Positions 1 through 9,015 are shown, numbered from the stretch's first letter. The stretch is 29,317 nt of DNA from a candidate division WOR-3 bacterium (GCA_039802265.1 JBDRWI010000026.1:1-29317); one strand, 5' to 3'. The notes: a model not told the origin generated them from the sequence alone. Program-made: numbers and translations.

Positions 1-1
1 T

Positions 2-289
2 GCGGTGAGGGGTCCACAGACCCTTGCCCATGCAGTGGGTGATGGCTTGAGAATTGCCCGAATGATTGATAAATATTTGAATGGTGGATTATTTGGTCAA
101 ATGACTGGTTTAATTCCTTCTAATCCTGTTTACTGGCAGATATATAACATACCAAGGATAAAGATTCCACACCGACCGGTTGCCGAGCGCATCAAAGATT
201 TTAAGTCAGTTGAGCAAACTGTATCAAAAGAAGATTTAAAAAACGAGGCAAAGCGATGCCTTGTCTGTCCATTACGCTACAGACCATAG
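2..289 (+). CDS. C-terminal fragment of an FAD/NAD(P)-dependent oxidoreductase (GltD/NfnB-like), 5'-truncated by the window edge
   Basis: Frame is open from base 2 (AVRGPQTLAHAVGDGLRIARMIDKYL), matching the GDxxxGPxTxxxAxxxG..AxxIDxYL end of the GltD-like FAD domain. It ends in a 'F..VE......EAKRCLxC' tail typical of these subunits. Confidence 0.7.
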   Translation, partial: AVRGPQTLAHAVGDGLRIARMIDKYLNGGLFGQMTGLIPSNPVYWQIYNIPRIKIPHRPVAERIKDFKSVEQTVSKEDLKNEAKRCLVCPLRYRP

Positions 290-339
290 GATTAAAGCAC
301 TTAAATTAGGCCAAGGCCGCTGAACCCAACCTCTATTTG

Positions 340-395
340 TTCTTGTATAGGAATTTGAAAAATTCCAATACAAGAATAATGAAAATTTTCATTAT
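340..395. repeat. Long hairpin (340-376) abutting a perfect 20-bp palindrome (376-395)
   Basis: TTCTTGTAT-a-GGAATTT-gaa-AAATTCC-a-ATACAAGAA, then ATAATGAAAATTTTCATTAT, which is its own reverse complement. Confidence 0.8.
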
Positions 396-409
396 AGAAA
401 AGAATATGG

Positions 410-509
410 ACAAGATACATCTGGGGTTTCTGATAGTCGCTGGAAAGTGCACAACTTTAAGATAGAGCGTCTCTGGGGGTTTCAGGGGTTCTCCCCTGAT
501 GTATCTTGT
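410..509. repeat. 100-bp element with 12-bp terminal inverted repeats (MITE/REP-doublet-like)
   Basis: ACAAGATACATC (410-421) / GATGTATCTTGT (498-509), continued inward by GGGG/CCCC. Internal hairpin TCAGGGG-ttct-CCCCTGA at 482-499. Confidence 0.6.
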
Positions 510-542
510 GGAGCATCTCAATTTGGAAGGTTTTTTGGTTGA

Positions 543-1388
543 TTATAGCCACTTCATAAGCAAAGGTTCTGGCCTCCGGTTTTCAAAGGTCAGGATGTAT
601 TTGAAGTTATAAGACCGGGCATATTCAATCGCCTCTTTTATTCCCTTACCCAGGTCTTCGGGGCGATGACAATCCGAGCCAATTGTAATTAATTCAATTC
701 CCTCTTCTTTTGCTATCTTCATAATATCGCCTGAGGGATAGAACTCGCCATATCGCCTTAAGCCGGCGGTGTTGATTTCCAGGGCAATCCCATTTTTTGT
801 CATAGATTTGAAGATCGGGCGTAATATATCTTCAGGGATTTTCTTAATATCCTCACCATAAAAGGCAAGTCCATATTTTTTATAGACATCAAGGTGGGCA
901 ATCGCATCAAATTCCTTAGATTTGACTAACTCTTTTAGAGTTTTGTAGTAATTAACAAGCAAATCAGCAGCACATTTTTGGGAAAAGTATCTGTCACACT
1001 CTTTTGAACTATCAATACAGATATGGTCAAGGCAATGGATACCGGTCAGGAGGTAGTCCAGTTTAAGACCATAAATTATCTCTTTTAAGCGCCGGGTGAC
1101 ACCTGAAAAATATCCTACCTCCAGTCCGAATTTTATTTTCAATCCCTTCTTTTTGTAGTAATCTTTTAGCCGGGATGTCTCTTCTGCCAGAATTAAAAGA
1201 TTTCCTCTATTGAGAGGTAGATTTTCATTTTCCAGTCTTATGAGATTGTCATTCCTTGCCGGATCCAGTTCGCAGTGATTGGTGATGCAGATTTCTTTTA
1301 AACCCAGTTTTAATGCCTGTTCGGCATATTCTTTTAAGGTTCCCTGGGCATCAACCGAGTGATTGGTATGGATGTGATAGTCTATCAT
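543..1388 (-). CDS. PHP-domain phosphoesterase, histidinol-phosphatase HisJ/HisK family
   Basis: Motifs DYHIHTxHSxD, GLEVGY, GIHC, AHLD, LEINTAG and GSDCH; 281 aa. Confidence 0.85.
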   Translation of the reverse strand: MIDYHIHTNHSVDAQGTLKEYAEQALKLGLKEICITNHCELDPARNDNLIRLENENLPLNRGNLLILAEETSRLKDYYKKKGLKIKFGLEVGYFSGVTRRLKEIIYGLKLDYLLTGIHCLDHICIDSSKECDRYFSQKCAADLLVNYYKTLKELVKSKEFDAIAHLDVYKKYGLAFYGEDIKKIPEDILRPIFKSMTKNGIALEINTAGLRRYGEFYPSGDIMKIAKEEGIELITIGSDCHRPEDLGKGIKEAIEYARSYNFKYILTFENRRPEPLLMKWL

Positions 1389-2041
1389 CAGGAGAGGATG
1401 ACCTTTTCGTCAAGTGGTTCAAAGCGGTCAGCCTTTTCTTTCAGGTCATAGGCAGTATTTTCCGGAAATGAAAATACCTCAACTCGCTTATGCTTATTCT
1501 TTACAAATTCCACCAGGGGGACAAAGTCACCATCACCCGATGCCAGAACTATTGTATCAACAAAGTCAAGTATCCCCAAAATATCAAGGGCAATGCCCAT
1601 ATCCCAGTTTGCCTTTGCTGAACCATCGGCACGGGTGCGGACATCCTTTATCTTGACAATATAGCCAATATGTTCAAGGCTCGTGGCAAACGGCTTTACA
1701 TCGCCTTCCGGGGGCTGAACGATATAGGCGTATGCCTTTATTAGATTTCGCTCACCCACAATCAAGCGCAAGAGTTTCTCGTAGTTGACCTTGGCTGAAT
1801 AGGCCATCCGTGCTGAGTAATAAAGGTTTTGAGAATCCACGAATATGGCAATATTTTCTTTTTTTGTTAGGTTGGAGTTTTGAAATAATATCCTCAATGA
1901 ATGAATCTCATCGTAAAGTCTATCAATAGATTCAATATTTCTTTCAAAGATAATTTTTATATCCTCTAAGAGTTTTATAATATAATTCATTGATTCATTC
2001 ATCAAATTGCCCCGGGCAAATTCCGTATTATTTGTCTCCAT
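1388..2041 (-). CDS. NYN domain protein (LabA/DUF88, PIN-like fold) with N-terminal helical extension
   Basis: IFVDSQNL, KANWDMGIALD, LASGDGDFVPL and L...ADRF motifs. AGGAGG upstream of the ATG. Its stop overlaps the PHP start (TGATG). Confidence 0.9.
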   Translation of the reverse strand: METNNTEFARGNLMNESMNYIIKLLEDIKIIFERNIESIDRLYDEIHSLRILFQNSNLTKKENIAIFVDSQNLYYSARMAYSAKVNYEKLLRLIVGERNLIKAYAYIVQPPEGDVKPFATSLEHIGYIVKIKDVRTRADGSAKANWDMGIALDILGILDFVDTIVLASGDGDFVPLVEFVKNKHKRVEVFSFPENTAYDLKEKADRFEPLDEKVILS

Positions 2042-2060
2042 ATATCCTCCTGTTAAATTA

Positions 2061-3332
2061 TTATTTTTCTAATTCCCGACGTTTTGAAATGGGGAGGTAG
2101 TCATATAATGTGGGCTGATTCTTCTCGCCGGGGGCATTTGTCCAGATCAGGATAAATTCGCCGGTCCCCCGGACATCTACAAATATAAACTCAAGCCCAT
2201 TGTAGTATTGCCAGTGCTCAAATGGCTTTGACTCTTCATTACCAATCGTGCTCTTTTCCGTCTCATCAGGCATGCCAAATTTGATATAAATTCTACCCCG
2301 GTCAGTCTTGAACCCTGGTTTTGTACCTTCAGAGTAATGGGCATCGGCGTACTCAAATCTCGGGGCAATCTCAGAGTAATTATGTCTCTCCCAGAATTTT
2401 TTTAAATATAGTCTCTTACCTTCTTCATTGAGCGAGTTGAAATATTTGTATTCACGAGGGCTGACAAAGTATTCAATCTCCTGATAATAAGGCAGGTCCT
2501 CAAGGGCAACTTCCCTTTTGGCGGGGCGTTTTATTTCAAAAGGGACCTCTTTTTTTGTTAAACTGCTGGTAGAAGAATCAGAGACTGTGACCTGAAGTTT
2601 ATAAATACCGTCCGGAATTGACTCAATGTTTATTCCAAAATTGACCGCCTGCGTTGGATATCTTTTTTCAAGTCGTCTTGAAATCTTGCGGACTGGCTTT
2701 CCCTCGGTGTTAAGAATCAAATAGGTGATTTGTAATTCAGTGGTATCCGGAATAAGGTCATAAACTTCATAATAGACATAGAGATTTTTATTGTTCCCTT
2801 CAAAGCGGTGGTTTGGTAAGGGGACTATTCTTAAATTCCCCTTGGTCAGATAACCTCCCGAGGTATCCATGGTTATCTCGCTTGCCAAAAGTAAATCACT
2901 TATTTTGTAATTCTGTGCTTCAACTTCAATCGTTTTCTTTAAAGAACCACTATCAGCACCAGACGAGATGGCAACAGAATATTCATATTTACCTTCAGGA
3001 ATATACAAACCAAACTGCACAATAAACTTCAGCTTCTCCTTTGCAGCCTGGGAAAAAGATGGGATGGTAAATTGTCGATAGAGCGTATCAATTAAGGAAT
3101 CGGTTTTTTGAAGATCTACAAGTTTGAAATCAATTCTTGATTTAGCAATGATGCCGCTATCAGTCTCCGCGTATGACAGTTCTTGATAGGGTATGGCACA
3201 GTTGAATTCCAGATAGAAGAGTTCTTCTCTTATGCTCCTTGTTGAATCCTGAAGAATAATTGAAGCACGATAGACGACGGGGTCAACATAAAAATTCAAA
3301 GGTCGGGCTACCAAAAGAAGTAGTAACATCAT
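2061..3332 (-). CDS. GWxTD domain-containing protein (exported)
   Basis: C-terminal 'KKFW...RFEYAD..Y....PGFKTDRGRIYIKFGMPDE...EHWQY...FIFVD..GTGEF'. Short hydrophobic N-terminus. ATGA overlap with the upstream GWxTD gene. Confidence 0.85.
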   Translation of the reverse strand: MMLLLLLVARPLNFYVDPVVYRASIILQDSTRSIREELFYLEFNCAIPYQELSYAETDSGIIAKSRIDFKLVDLQKTDSLIDTLYRQFTIPSFSQAAKEKLKFIVQFGLYIPEGKYEYSVAISSGADSGSLKKTIEVEAQNYKISDLLLASEITMDTSGGYLTKGNLRIVPLPNHRFEGNNKNLYVYYEVYDLIPDTTELQITYLILNTEGKPVRKISRRLEKRYPTQAVNFGINIESIPDGIYKLQVTVSDSSTSSLTKKEVPFEIKRPAKREVALEDLPYYQEIEYFVSPREYKYFNSLNEEGKRLYLKKFWERHNYSEIAPRFEYADAHYSEGTKPGFKTDRGRIYIKFGMPDETEKSTIGNEESKPFEHWQYYNGLEFIFVDVRGTGEFILIWTNAPGEKNQPTLYDYLPISKRRELEK

Positions 3333-4378
3333 ATTCTATCTCCTTCCGGGTTTAAAAGGATATATTCGCCAAAGCCATAGCGGTCATAAAAGATAAACTT
3401 CAAATTCAACCGATAATACAACCAGACCTCATAGGGTTTTGTTCCAATTTCGTAGGGACGTGATTGGATCTCATCAGGTGGACCATATTTTACATAGATC
3501 CTGCCCCGATCACTCCGCCAGCCCTTATCGCAAAAAGAAAAATTCTTCTCAGCATAATCAATGCGTTCAAAATATTCCACTTCCTTCTCGTTAAATTCGG
3601 TATTTGGCGTGGGGTCGTGTTGCTTCCAGAATTGTCGCCATAAAGAATCTCTTTCTTCAATTGCGGCGGACTTGAGTCGGGCAATTTCGTTAGGTGTCGC
3701 AATGTATTCAAGTTGAACGACTTTGGTACGCCAGAGTTTATCATCCTGATAGAACGGTCGCGAAATCTCAACCGGGAGATTTACCTCATCAATTTTTTTC
3801 CCCGCAGATGAGACGATAAATTTTACGCTGTACCTACCTACAGGAATACCCCCGGTTAAAATCACGAGGGAGTCATCATAATTATCGCCTCTTAAAATAA
3901 CCTCTTTTTTCTCTTTTTCCAGCACCACGGTAATTCTATCCGCAAGTCCTTTTTTATTTATTACCGTGAACCTTAAAAATAGTGTATCATTGGAATTTAG
4001 ATACCGGATATTTGCCAGAAATTTTATGGGTCGGATTTTCTCATAGACATTGAGTATTTCCTGTGCCTGTAGGTCAATGACACGCAGATTGAACGAACGG
4101 GCAACACCGGGAAGATTTATCTTTACTGAATCAATAATATTGAGCGTATCTTTCTCTTTGTTGCGTATCCAGTAGTCACCAGCGACCTGGTTCTTTTTTT
4201 CATCAAAGATTTTTAATTGGATCTCATAATGGGTGGAATAGATAGAATCATTGGTAATAAATCTCAATTCCTCGGGTGGGATGCTTAAATAGATGGTAAG
4301 TTCTGTAACCAAGTCACTTACCGGATTAAAAGATGCCTGCCATTCAATGGTGAAAAATATCCAGCAGAGCAAACTCAT
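3329..4378 (-). CDS. GWxTD domain-containing protein (exported)
   Basis: 'QFWKQHDPTPNTEFNE...EYFERIDYAEKNF....GWRSDRGRIYVKYGPPDEI...YEVWLY'. ATGA overlap with the lon stop. Confidence 0.9.
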   Translation of the reverse strand: MSLLCWIFFTIEWQASFNPVSDLVTELTIYLSIPPEELRFITNDSIYSTHYEIQLKIFDEKKNQVAGDYWIRNKEKDTLNIIDSVKINLPGVARSFNLRVIDLQAQEILNVYEKIRPIKFLANIRYLNSNDTLFLRFTVINKKGLADRITVVLEKEKKEVILRGDNYDDSLVILTGGIPVGRYSVKFIVSSAGKKIDEVNLPVEISRPFYQDDKLWRTKVVQLEYIATPNEIARLKSAAIEERDSLWRQFWKQHDPTPNTEFNEKEVEYFERIDYAEKNFSFCDKGWRSDRGRIYVKYGPPDEIQSRPYEIGTKPYEVWLYYRLNLKFIFYDRYGFGEYILLNPEGDRI

Positions 4379-6744
4379 TTCCGCCTTTTATCTTTCCTAA
4401 GGGGTGGCTTATGGTTATCTCTAAAGACCAAATTTAATGCCTGGTCAATTTTCTTTGTGAAATAGAAGGCAAGCCCACTCTGCACGTGCTTCGGGATTTC
4501 CAGCAAATCCTTTTTGTTCTCTTCGGGTAGTAAAATCTTTTCTATGCCAGCCCGTTTTGCAGCAATTACCTTCTCTTTTATCCCACCTACTGGCAGGACC
4601 CGGCCAGTGAGGGTGATTTCTCCAGTAAAGGCAATCTTCGGGTCAATCGGTTCATTTCGAAATAAAGAGGCAAGGGACATAATAATAGCCAACCCTGCAG
4701 ATGGACCGTCCTTGGGTATGGCGCCAGAAGGAATATGTATATGAAGGTCATACTCGTCAAGGTTCTCTTTAATTCCCCAGTTTGCAAGTTTTGTTTTCAG
4801 ATAAGAAAGGGCTGCCTGACATGACTCCTTCATCACATCACCCAAAAGTCCGGTAAGGATCAACCCCTTCTTGCCTTTTACCTTCAGTGATTCAATAAAG
4901 ATTATTTCTCCCCCGGTTGGTGTCCAGGCAAGTCCGGTTGCCAGTCCAATTTCACCTTTACGGGCTGCAACTTCTGAAAAGACCTTGGGTGGTCCAAGAA
5001 ATTCATTAAGGTTGGAGCTATTTACAACCACGCCCTTTCTCTTTCCTTCGGCAAAGCGGCGGGCAACCTTGCGACAGATTGAACCGATTTCCCTTTCTAA
5101 GTTCCTCACCCCGGATTCCTTTGTATAATTAGCAATTATCATCTTGATTGCCTCATCCGTAAATTTTATATTTTCCGGTTTTAATCCACTCTCTGAAATC
5201 TGCCGGGGGATGAGATAGCGGCGGGCAATCTCCAGTTTTTCCTCAAGGATATAACCGGGCAGTTCAATGATTTCCATCCGGTCTTTCAAGGCGGGGATTA
5301 TAGGATCAATGAGATTTCCGGTAGCAATGAACATTACCTTTGAGAGATCAAAGGGAACTTCCAGATAATGGTCACTAAATGCATAATTCTGCTCCGGGTC
5401 TAAGACCTCCAGGAGTGCTGATGAAGGGTCACCACGGAAGTCGGTTCCCACTTTATCTATTTCATCAAGCATAAAGACCGGATTATTAGTTCCACAGACC
5501 TTTATCTGCTGGATAATCCTGCCGGGCAGGGCACCGATATAGGTCCGCCGGTGTCCTCTTATTTCTGCCTCATCTCTAATTCCGCCCAGTGAAATACGCA
5601 CAAATTTTCTTCCTAAGGCGCGGGCAATTGACTTTCCTAAAGAAGTCTTTCCTACACCCGGAGGACCGATAAAACAAAGGATTGTACCCTTGGAATCGGG
5701 TTTCAGTTTCTTCACTGCCAGATATTCAAGGATTCGCTCCTTTACCTTTTCTAAGTTATAATGGTCTTCATCCAGTATCTTCTTCGCCCTGACTATGTCG
5801 TGATTATCTTGAGTGGATATTGACCAGGGCAGAGAGATCAACCAGTCCAGGTAGGTTCTTGATACTGTATATTCAGCAGCCTGGGGTGGTATCTTGGCAA
5901 GCCTTTCCAGTTCTTTCTGGGCTACCTTTTCAACCGACTCGGGCATCTTTGCCTCTTGGATCTTTTTCCTTAATTCCTCAATTTCTCTGGTGTGTTCATC
6001 AGTTTCTCCAAGTTCCTTCTGTATTGCCTTGAGTTGTTCACGCAGATAGAACTCGCGTTGCCCTTTATCCAGTTCATTCTTTACCTGAGACCTGATCTTT
6101 GCTCCGAGTTCTAAAATGCTTATCTCTTTTTGTAGTAAAGGAATGAGTTTCATAAAACGGTCTTTCGGGTCAACAGTCTCAAGTATCTGCTGTTTTTCAG
6201 AAATTTCCAGATTTGTATAACTCGTCACAAAATCAGCAAGGCGGTCAGGGTTGTCGATATTCAAGACCACGGCTCCCAGTTCATCAGGGAGATAGGGTGC
6301 CAAAGAGACGAGTTGCTGGAACATTGAAACGACATTGCGCATCAGTGCCTCAAGCGCTACATTCTTTTTATATTCCTGCGTATAGAGTTTAATCCTTGCC
6401 TTCAGATAGGGTTCTACCTGAATAAATTCCTCAACCCGGAATCGCTTTAAACCCTTTACCAGAAGCCTTATTGTTCCGTCCGGGAAACGCAACATCTTGG
6501 TTATCTGAATCACGCAGCCCACGTGATACAATTCATCAGGTTTTGGCTCCTCAATCTCAGGATTACGCTGGGTCAACGCCCCGGCAATTTTGTTGGTGGT
6601 TAAGATTTCATCAATTAACTTTACCAGTTTGGGAGTCTGAATGATAAGGGGAACAATCTGGTCCGGAAAGATTACCCCCCCTTTAATTGGAATGATTCCC
6701 AATTCATCAGGAATGACTACAGATTTTTCTTCCATATCATTCAT
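4375..6744 (-). CDS. lon: ATP-dependent endopeptidase La (LonA)
   Basis: Lon N domain, Walker A GPPGVGKTS, RGHRRTYIGALPG, Walker B MLDEIDK, catalytic PKDGPSAG and VGGIKEK; 789 aa. Confidence 0.98.
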   Translation of the reverse strand: MNDMEEKSVVIPDELGIIPIKGGVIFPDQIVPLIIQTPKLVKLIDEILTTNKIAGALTQRNPEIEEPKPDELYHVGCVIQITKMLRFPDGTIRLLVKGLKRFRVEEFIQVEPYLKARIKLYTQEYKKNVALEALMRNVVSMFQQLVSLAPYLPDELGAVVLNIDNPDRLADFVTSYTNLEISEKQQILETVDPKDRFMKLIPLLQKEISILELGAKIRSQVKNELDKGQREFYLREQLKAIQKELGETDEHTREIEELRKKIQEAKMPESVEKVAQKELERLAKIPPQAAEYTVSRTYLDWLISLPWSISTQDNHDIVRAKKILDEDHYNLEKVKERILEYLAVKKLKPDSKGTILCFIGPPGVGKTSLGKSIARALGRKFVRISLGGIRDEAEIRGHRRTYIGALPGRIIQQIKVCGTNNPVFMLDEIDKVGTDFRGDPSSALLEVLDPEQNYAFSDHYLEVPFDLSKVMFIATGNLIDPIIPALKDRMEIIELPGYILEEKLEIARRYLIPRQISESGLKPENIKFTDEAIKMIIANYTKESGVRNLEREIGSICRKVARRFAEGKRKGVVVNSSNLNEFLGPPKVFSEVAARKGEIGLATGLAWTPTGGEIIFIESLKVKGKKGLILTGLLGDVMKESCQAALSYLKTKLANWGIKENLDEYDLHIHIPSGAIPKDGPSAGLAIIMSLASLFRNEPIDPKIAFTGEITLTGRVLPVGGIKEKVIAAKRAGIEKILLPEENKKDLLEIPKHVQSGLAFYFTKKIDQALNLVFRDNHKPPLRKDKRRK

Positions 6745-6758
6745 TCTTTATTATGACC

Positions 6759-7208
6759 TCACTCATCTGTTCCATCTTCAATCGGAATTATTCGCTCTTT
6801 CTCCACGGGGAATTTTATCGTTAAGATTCCGTTTTCCAATAGGTATTTACCCCGTCTTATTTCAATCGGCAGGGGTAGGTCTATGCGTCGTTCAAAGCGG
6901 CCGTAAGAAATTTCAAAGTTATGAAAGACAATATTATCGCCAGTGGTTAGATTTACGGGATTCTCTTTTGTCCCCGAGACAATTACAAAATAACGCGCCA
7001 CATAGATCAAGATATCTTCAGTTTTTACACCCGGTAATTCCATATTTATGATTATCGTATCATCAATTACATAAAGGTCAAAAGGTGGTTCCCAGTTAAC
7101 AAAGTCGGTAATAAATGGCGCAAAGGTTTCTGCCATTTCTGTCTTCTCAAAGACAATCTTGAAATCGGAATGCCGGCCCTTTTTTATACCTGATAATGAA
7201 TGCCTCAT
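6759..7208 (-). CDS. Hsp20/alpha-crystallin family small heat shock protein
   Basis: WEPPFDLY, ELPGV, SGTK, EISYGRFERRIDLP and ENGILTI motifs; lies directly upstream of lon. Confidence 0.9.
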   Translation of the reverse strand: MRHSLSGIKKGRHSDFKIVFEKTEMAETFAPFITDFVNWEPPFDLYVIDDTIIINMELPGVKTEDILIYVARYFVIVSGTKENPVNLTTGDNIVFHNFEISYGRFERRIDLPLPIEIRRGKYLLENGILTIKFPVEKERIIPIEDGTDE

Positions 7209-7216
7209 ACTTAAGA

Positions 7217-7244
7217 ATTATATTCTAAAAATCTGTTCCGTCAA
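7217..7244 (-). promoter_or_regulatory. sigma70-type promoter of the hsp20-lon operon (apparently leaderless)
   Basis: Minus strand TTGACG-N16-TATAAT; 8 nt separate the -10 from the hsp20 ATG, with no Shine-Dalgarno. Confidence 0.75.
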
Positions 7245-7265
7245 GATATATATTTAAATTCCCCC

Positions 7266-7293
7266 TTGACAATTCCTTTGAATTGACTATAAT
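7266..7293 (+). promoter_or_regulatory. sigma70-type promoter of csp
   Basis: Perfect TTGACA (7266-7271)-N16-TATAAT (7288-7293). Confidence 0.85.
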
Positions 7294-7365
7294 AGGTCAG
7301 GCTTTGACCGTAGAGGTGCCCTTATTAAATTTAAAAAGGGCGATTAAGGCTCGAAAGGAGGAACT

Positions 7366-7578
7366 TTGGTCTACGGAAAAGTGAAGTGGTTCGATGGTAA
7401 AAAGGGCTATGGTTTTATACAGAAAGAAGACGGAACCGGTGATGTCTTCGTTCATTATCAAGATATACTGGGCGAAGGTTATCGGGTCCTTAGAGAAGGT
7501 GAGAGAGTTAAGTTTGAAATTACGCAGACCCCGAAAGGGGATAAAGCCATAAAAGTCGAACGCGCTCCAAACGAATAA
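7366..7578 (+). CDS. csp: Cold shock domain protein (CspA family), TTG start
   Basis: GKVKWF, RNP1 KGYGFI, RNP2 VFVHY; 70 aa; AAGGAGG just upstream of the TTG. Confidence 0.95.
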   Translation: MVYGKVKWFDGKKGYGFIQKEDGTGDVFVHYQDILGEGYRVLREGERVKFEITQTPKGDKAIKVERAPNE

Positions 7579-7598
7579 AGGACTCTTTAGAGTCTCAG

Positions 7599-7633
7599 AT
7601 TGGGGGCTGGCGCAAGCCAGCCCCCAATTTTTT
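7599..7633 (+). terminator. Rho-independent terminator of csp
   Basis: 13-bp stem ATTGGGGGCTGGC/GCCAGCCCCCAAT with a GCAA tetraloop, followed by a T run. Confidence 0.9.
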
Positions 7634-7793
7634 CATAAACAATAATTCAGGCGCGGCAAAGACATAAAATTCTCACGAATTAACTCAAAAATCGCCTAAT
7701 GGGGTTAAGATAGTAAGCCTTTTATAAAAAAAGCAAAGAAGGGACCTGTTCATTCTAAATCGTTTAACTGCACTCACCCAGTACTTTTTTTAC

Positions 7794-7821
7794 TTGACAC
7801 AATCAAATATTTAATTAATAT
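7794..7821 (+). promoter_or_regulatory. sigma70-type promoter
   Basis: TTGACA (7794-7799)-N16-TAATAT (7816-7821), then an AAGGAG RBS before ATG 7847. Confidence 0.65.
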
Positions 7822-7846
7822 TAAAATCAGGTAAAGGAGATTAAAG

Positions 7847-8554
7847 ATGTTGAGAGATTATGGATACATTTTGATTAAAAAAGGAGTAATCTTATTTCTA
7901 TTTGTTCTGTTCATCAGCCTAAATTTAATATGTAAAAGTCCAGACGATTACAAACCCGAAGTAGATTCTCTCCTACCTCCACCAGCTCCACCTGTTCTAC
8001 TCACCCCGCCCGACAGTTTCGTTCATATGCCGCTGGGGTGGAATAAACTTTTCATTTCCTGGGAGGCAATTCCAGACGTAGAGTTTTATGAAATAAATTT
8101 TTCAGGAGATTCAACCCCAGCTTGGACACTAAAGATAGATACAAATTTTCTGAATCAGAACTGGTTTAATCAGCGTGATAGATTTATTTGGAAGGTCAGG
8201 GCTTATAGTCCGCAATGGGAGTATTATACAGACTGGTCAACGCCAAGGTTTTTTGAGGTAAGGGATACATTTCCACCCCCCGAATTGATATATCCTCCTG
8301 ATGATACATTATTCATAGTTGATACGCTACCAGCGGATATAAGTCTACAATGGACTGAAATACCGGAGGCAGAATTCTATGAATTTCACCTTTACTTTGA
8401 TACTTTATTACTCTATGAATTGAATCTTACTGTAAATTATTATATCATAACTGTTGATACTACAGGAGGCTATTACTGGGAGGTGCGCGCTAACAACAGA
8501 CACTGGGAATTTCCCACTCGATGGTCAAGTAAAAACTGCTTTTTTGTCAATTAA
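7847..8554 (+). CDS. Exported/lipoprotein with two tandem fibronectin type III-like domains
   Basis: KK plus a hydrophobic segment ending in Cys (LNLIC). Two internal repeats 'PPxLxxPPD...xW..IP..EFYE...W.VRA....WE..T.WS'. Confidence 0.65.
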   Translation: MLRDYGYILIKKGVILFLFVLFISLNLICKSPDDYKPEVDSLLPPPAPPVLLTPPDSFVHMPLGWNKLFISWEAIPDVEFYEINFSGDSTPAWTLKIDTNFLNQNWFNQRDRFIWKVRAYSPQWEYYTDWSTPRFFEVRDTFPPPELIYPPDDTLFIVDTLPADISLQWTEIPEAEFYEFHLYFDTLLLYELNLTVNYYIITVDTTGGYYWEVRANNRHWEFPTRWSSKNCFFVN

Positions 8555-8633
8555 ATAGCCAGTCCGACACATTCAAAATTGGAGATTTCCGTTTGTTTTA
8601 TTTGGAACGGATAAAATGAATAATCAGAACTGA

Positions 8634-8661
8634 TTGACACCCCTGAAATTTAGAGTATAAT
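8634..8661 (+). promoter_or_regulatory. sigma70-type promoter of rlpA-ispE (apparently leaderless)
   Basis: Perfect TTGACA (8634-8639)-N16-TATAAT (8656-8661); 6 nt to ATG 8668. Confidence 0.85.
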
Positions 8662-8667
8662 TGGTGA

Positions 8668-9015
8668 ATGATTCTTCTTATTGCCTTTTCCTGTTGCTGT
8701 CTCTTTGGTGCGCAGGGCAGTTCCTATGTAGAATATGGATTGGCAACTTATTACGGAGATCAGTTCCATGGGAAGAAGACTGCCTCCGGAGAGGTATATA
8801 ATAAAGATGATTTCACCTGTGCCCATAGAAAACTTCCCTTTGGAACAAAAGTAAGAGTTACGAATCTAAAAAACAAAAAAAGTGTGGTAGTAAGGGTAAA
8901 TGACCGTGGTCCCTGGGTAAAAGGTAGGGTAATTGATCTTTCTTACGCCGCTGCAAAAGAAATTGATATGATTAAAGACGGAATGGTTAGAGTAAAGATT
9001 GAGGTCTTAAAATGA
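8668..9015 (+). CDS. rlpA: RlpA-family lytic transglycosylase (DPBB domain only, no SPOR)
   Basis: [39 protein letters not shown] and [10 protein letters not shown] motifs. Confidence 0.92.
   Translation: MILLIAFSCCCLFGAQGSSYVEYGLATYYGDQFHGKKTASGEVYNKDDFTCAHRKLPFGTKVRVTNLKNKKSVVVRVNDRGPWVKGRVIDLSYAAAKEIDMIKDGMVRVKIEVLK

Noticed and set aside
300..520. Possible 6S or other known ncRNA
   Set aside because: I could not build the long closing stem with central bubble or match conserved motifs by eye; reported only as inverted repeats.
333..521. 62-aa minus-strand ORF in the convergent gap
   Set aside because: It is a translation of the palindrome cluster, with no RBS and no recognisable motif.
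543..2041. NYN plus PHP as an anti-phage or toxin-antitoxin module
   Set aside because: Both look like ordinary LabA/DUF88 and HisJ-family proteins in a housekeeping operon, with no defence or mobility context.
7209..7265. CIRCE or other heat-shock operator upstream of hsp20-lon
   Set aside because: No TTAGCACTC-N9-GAGTGCTAA or comparable inverted repeat is present.
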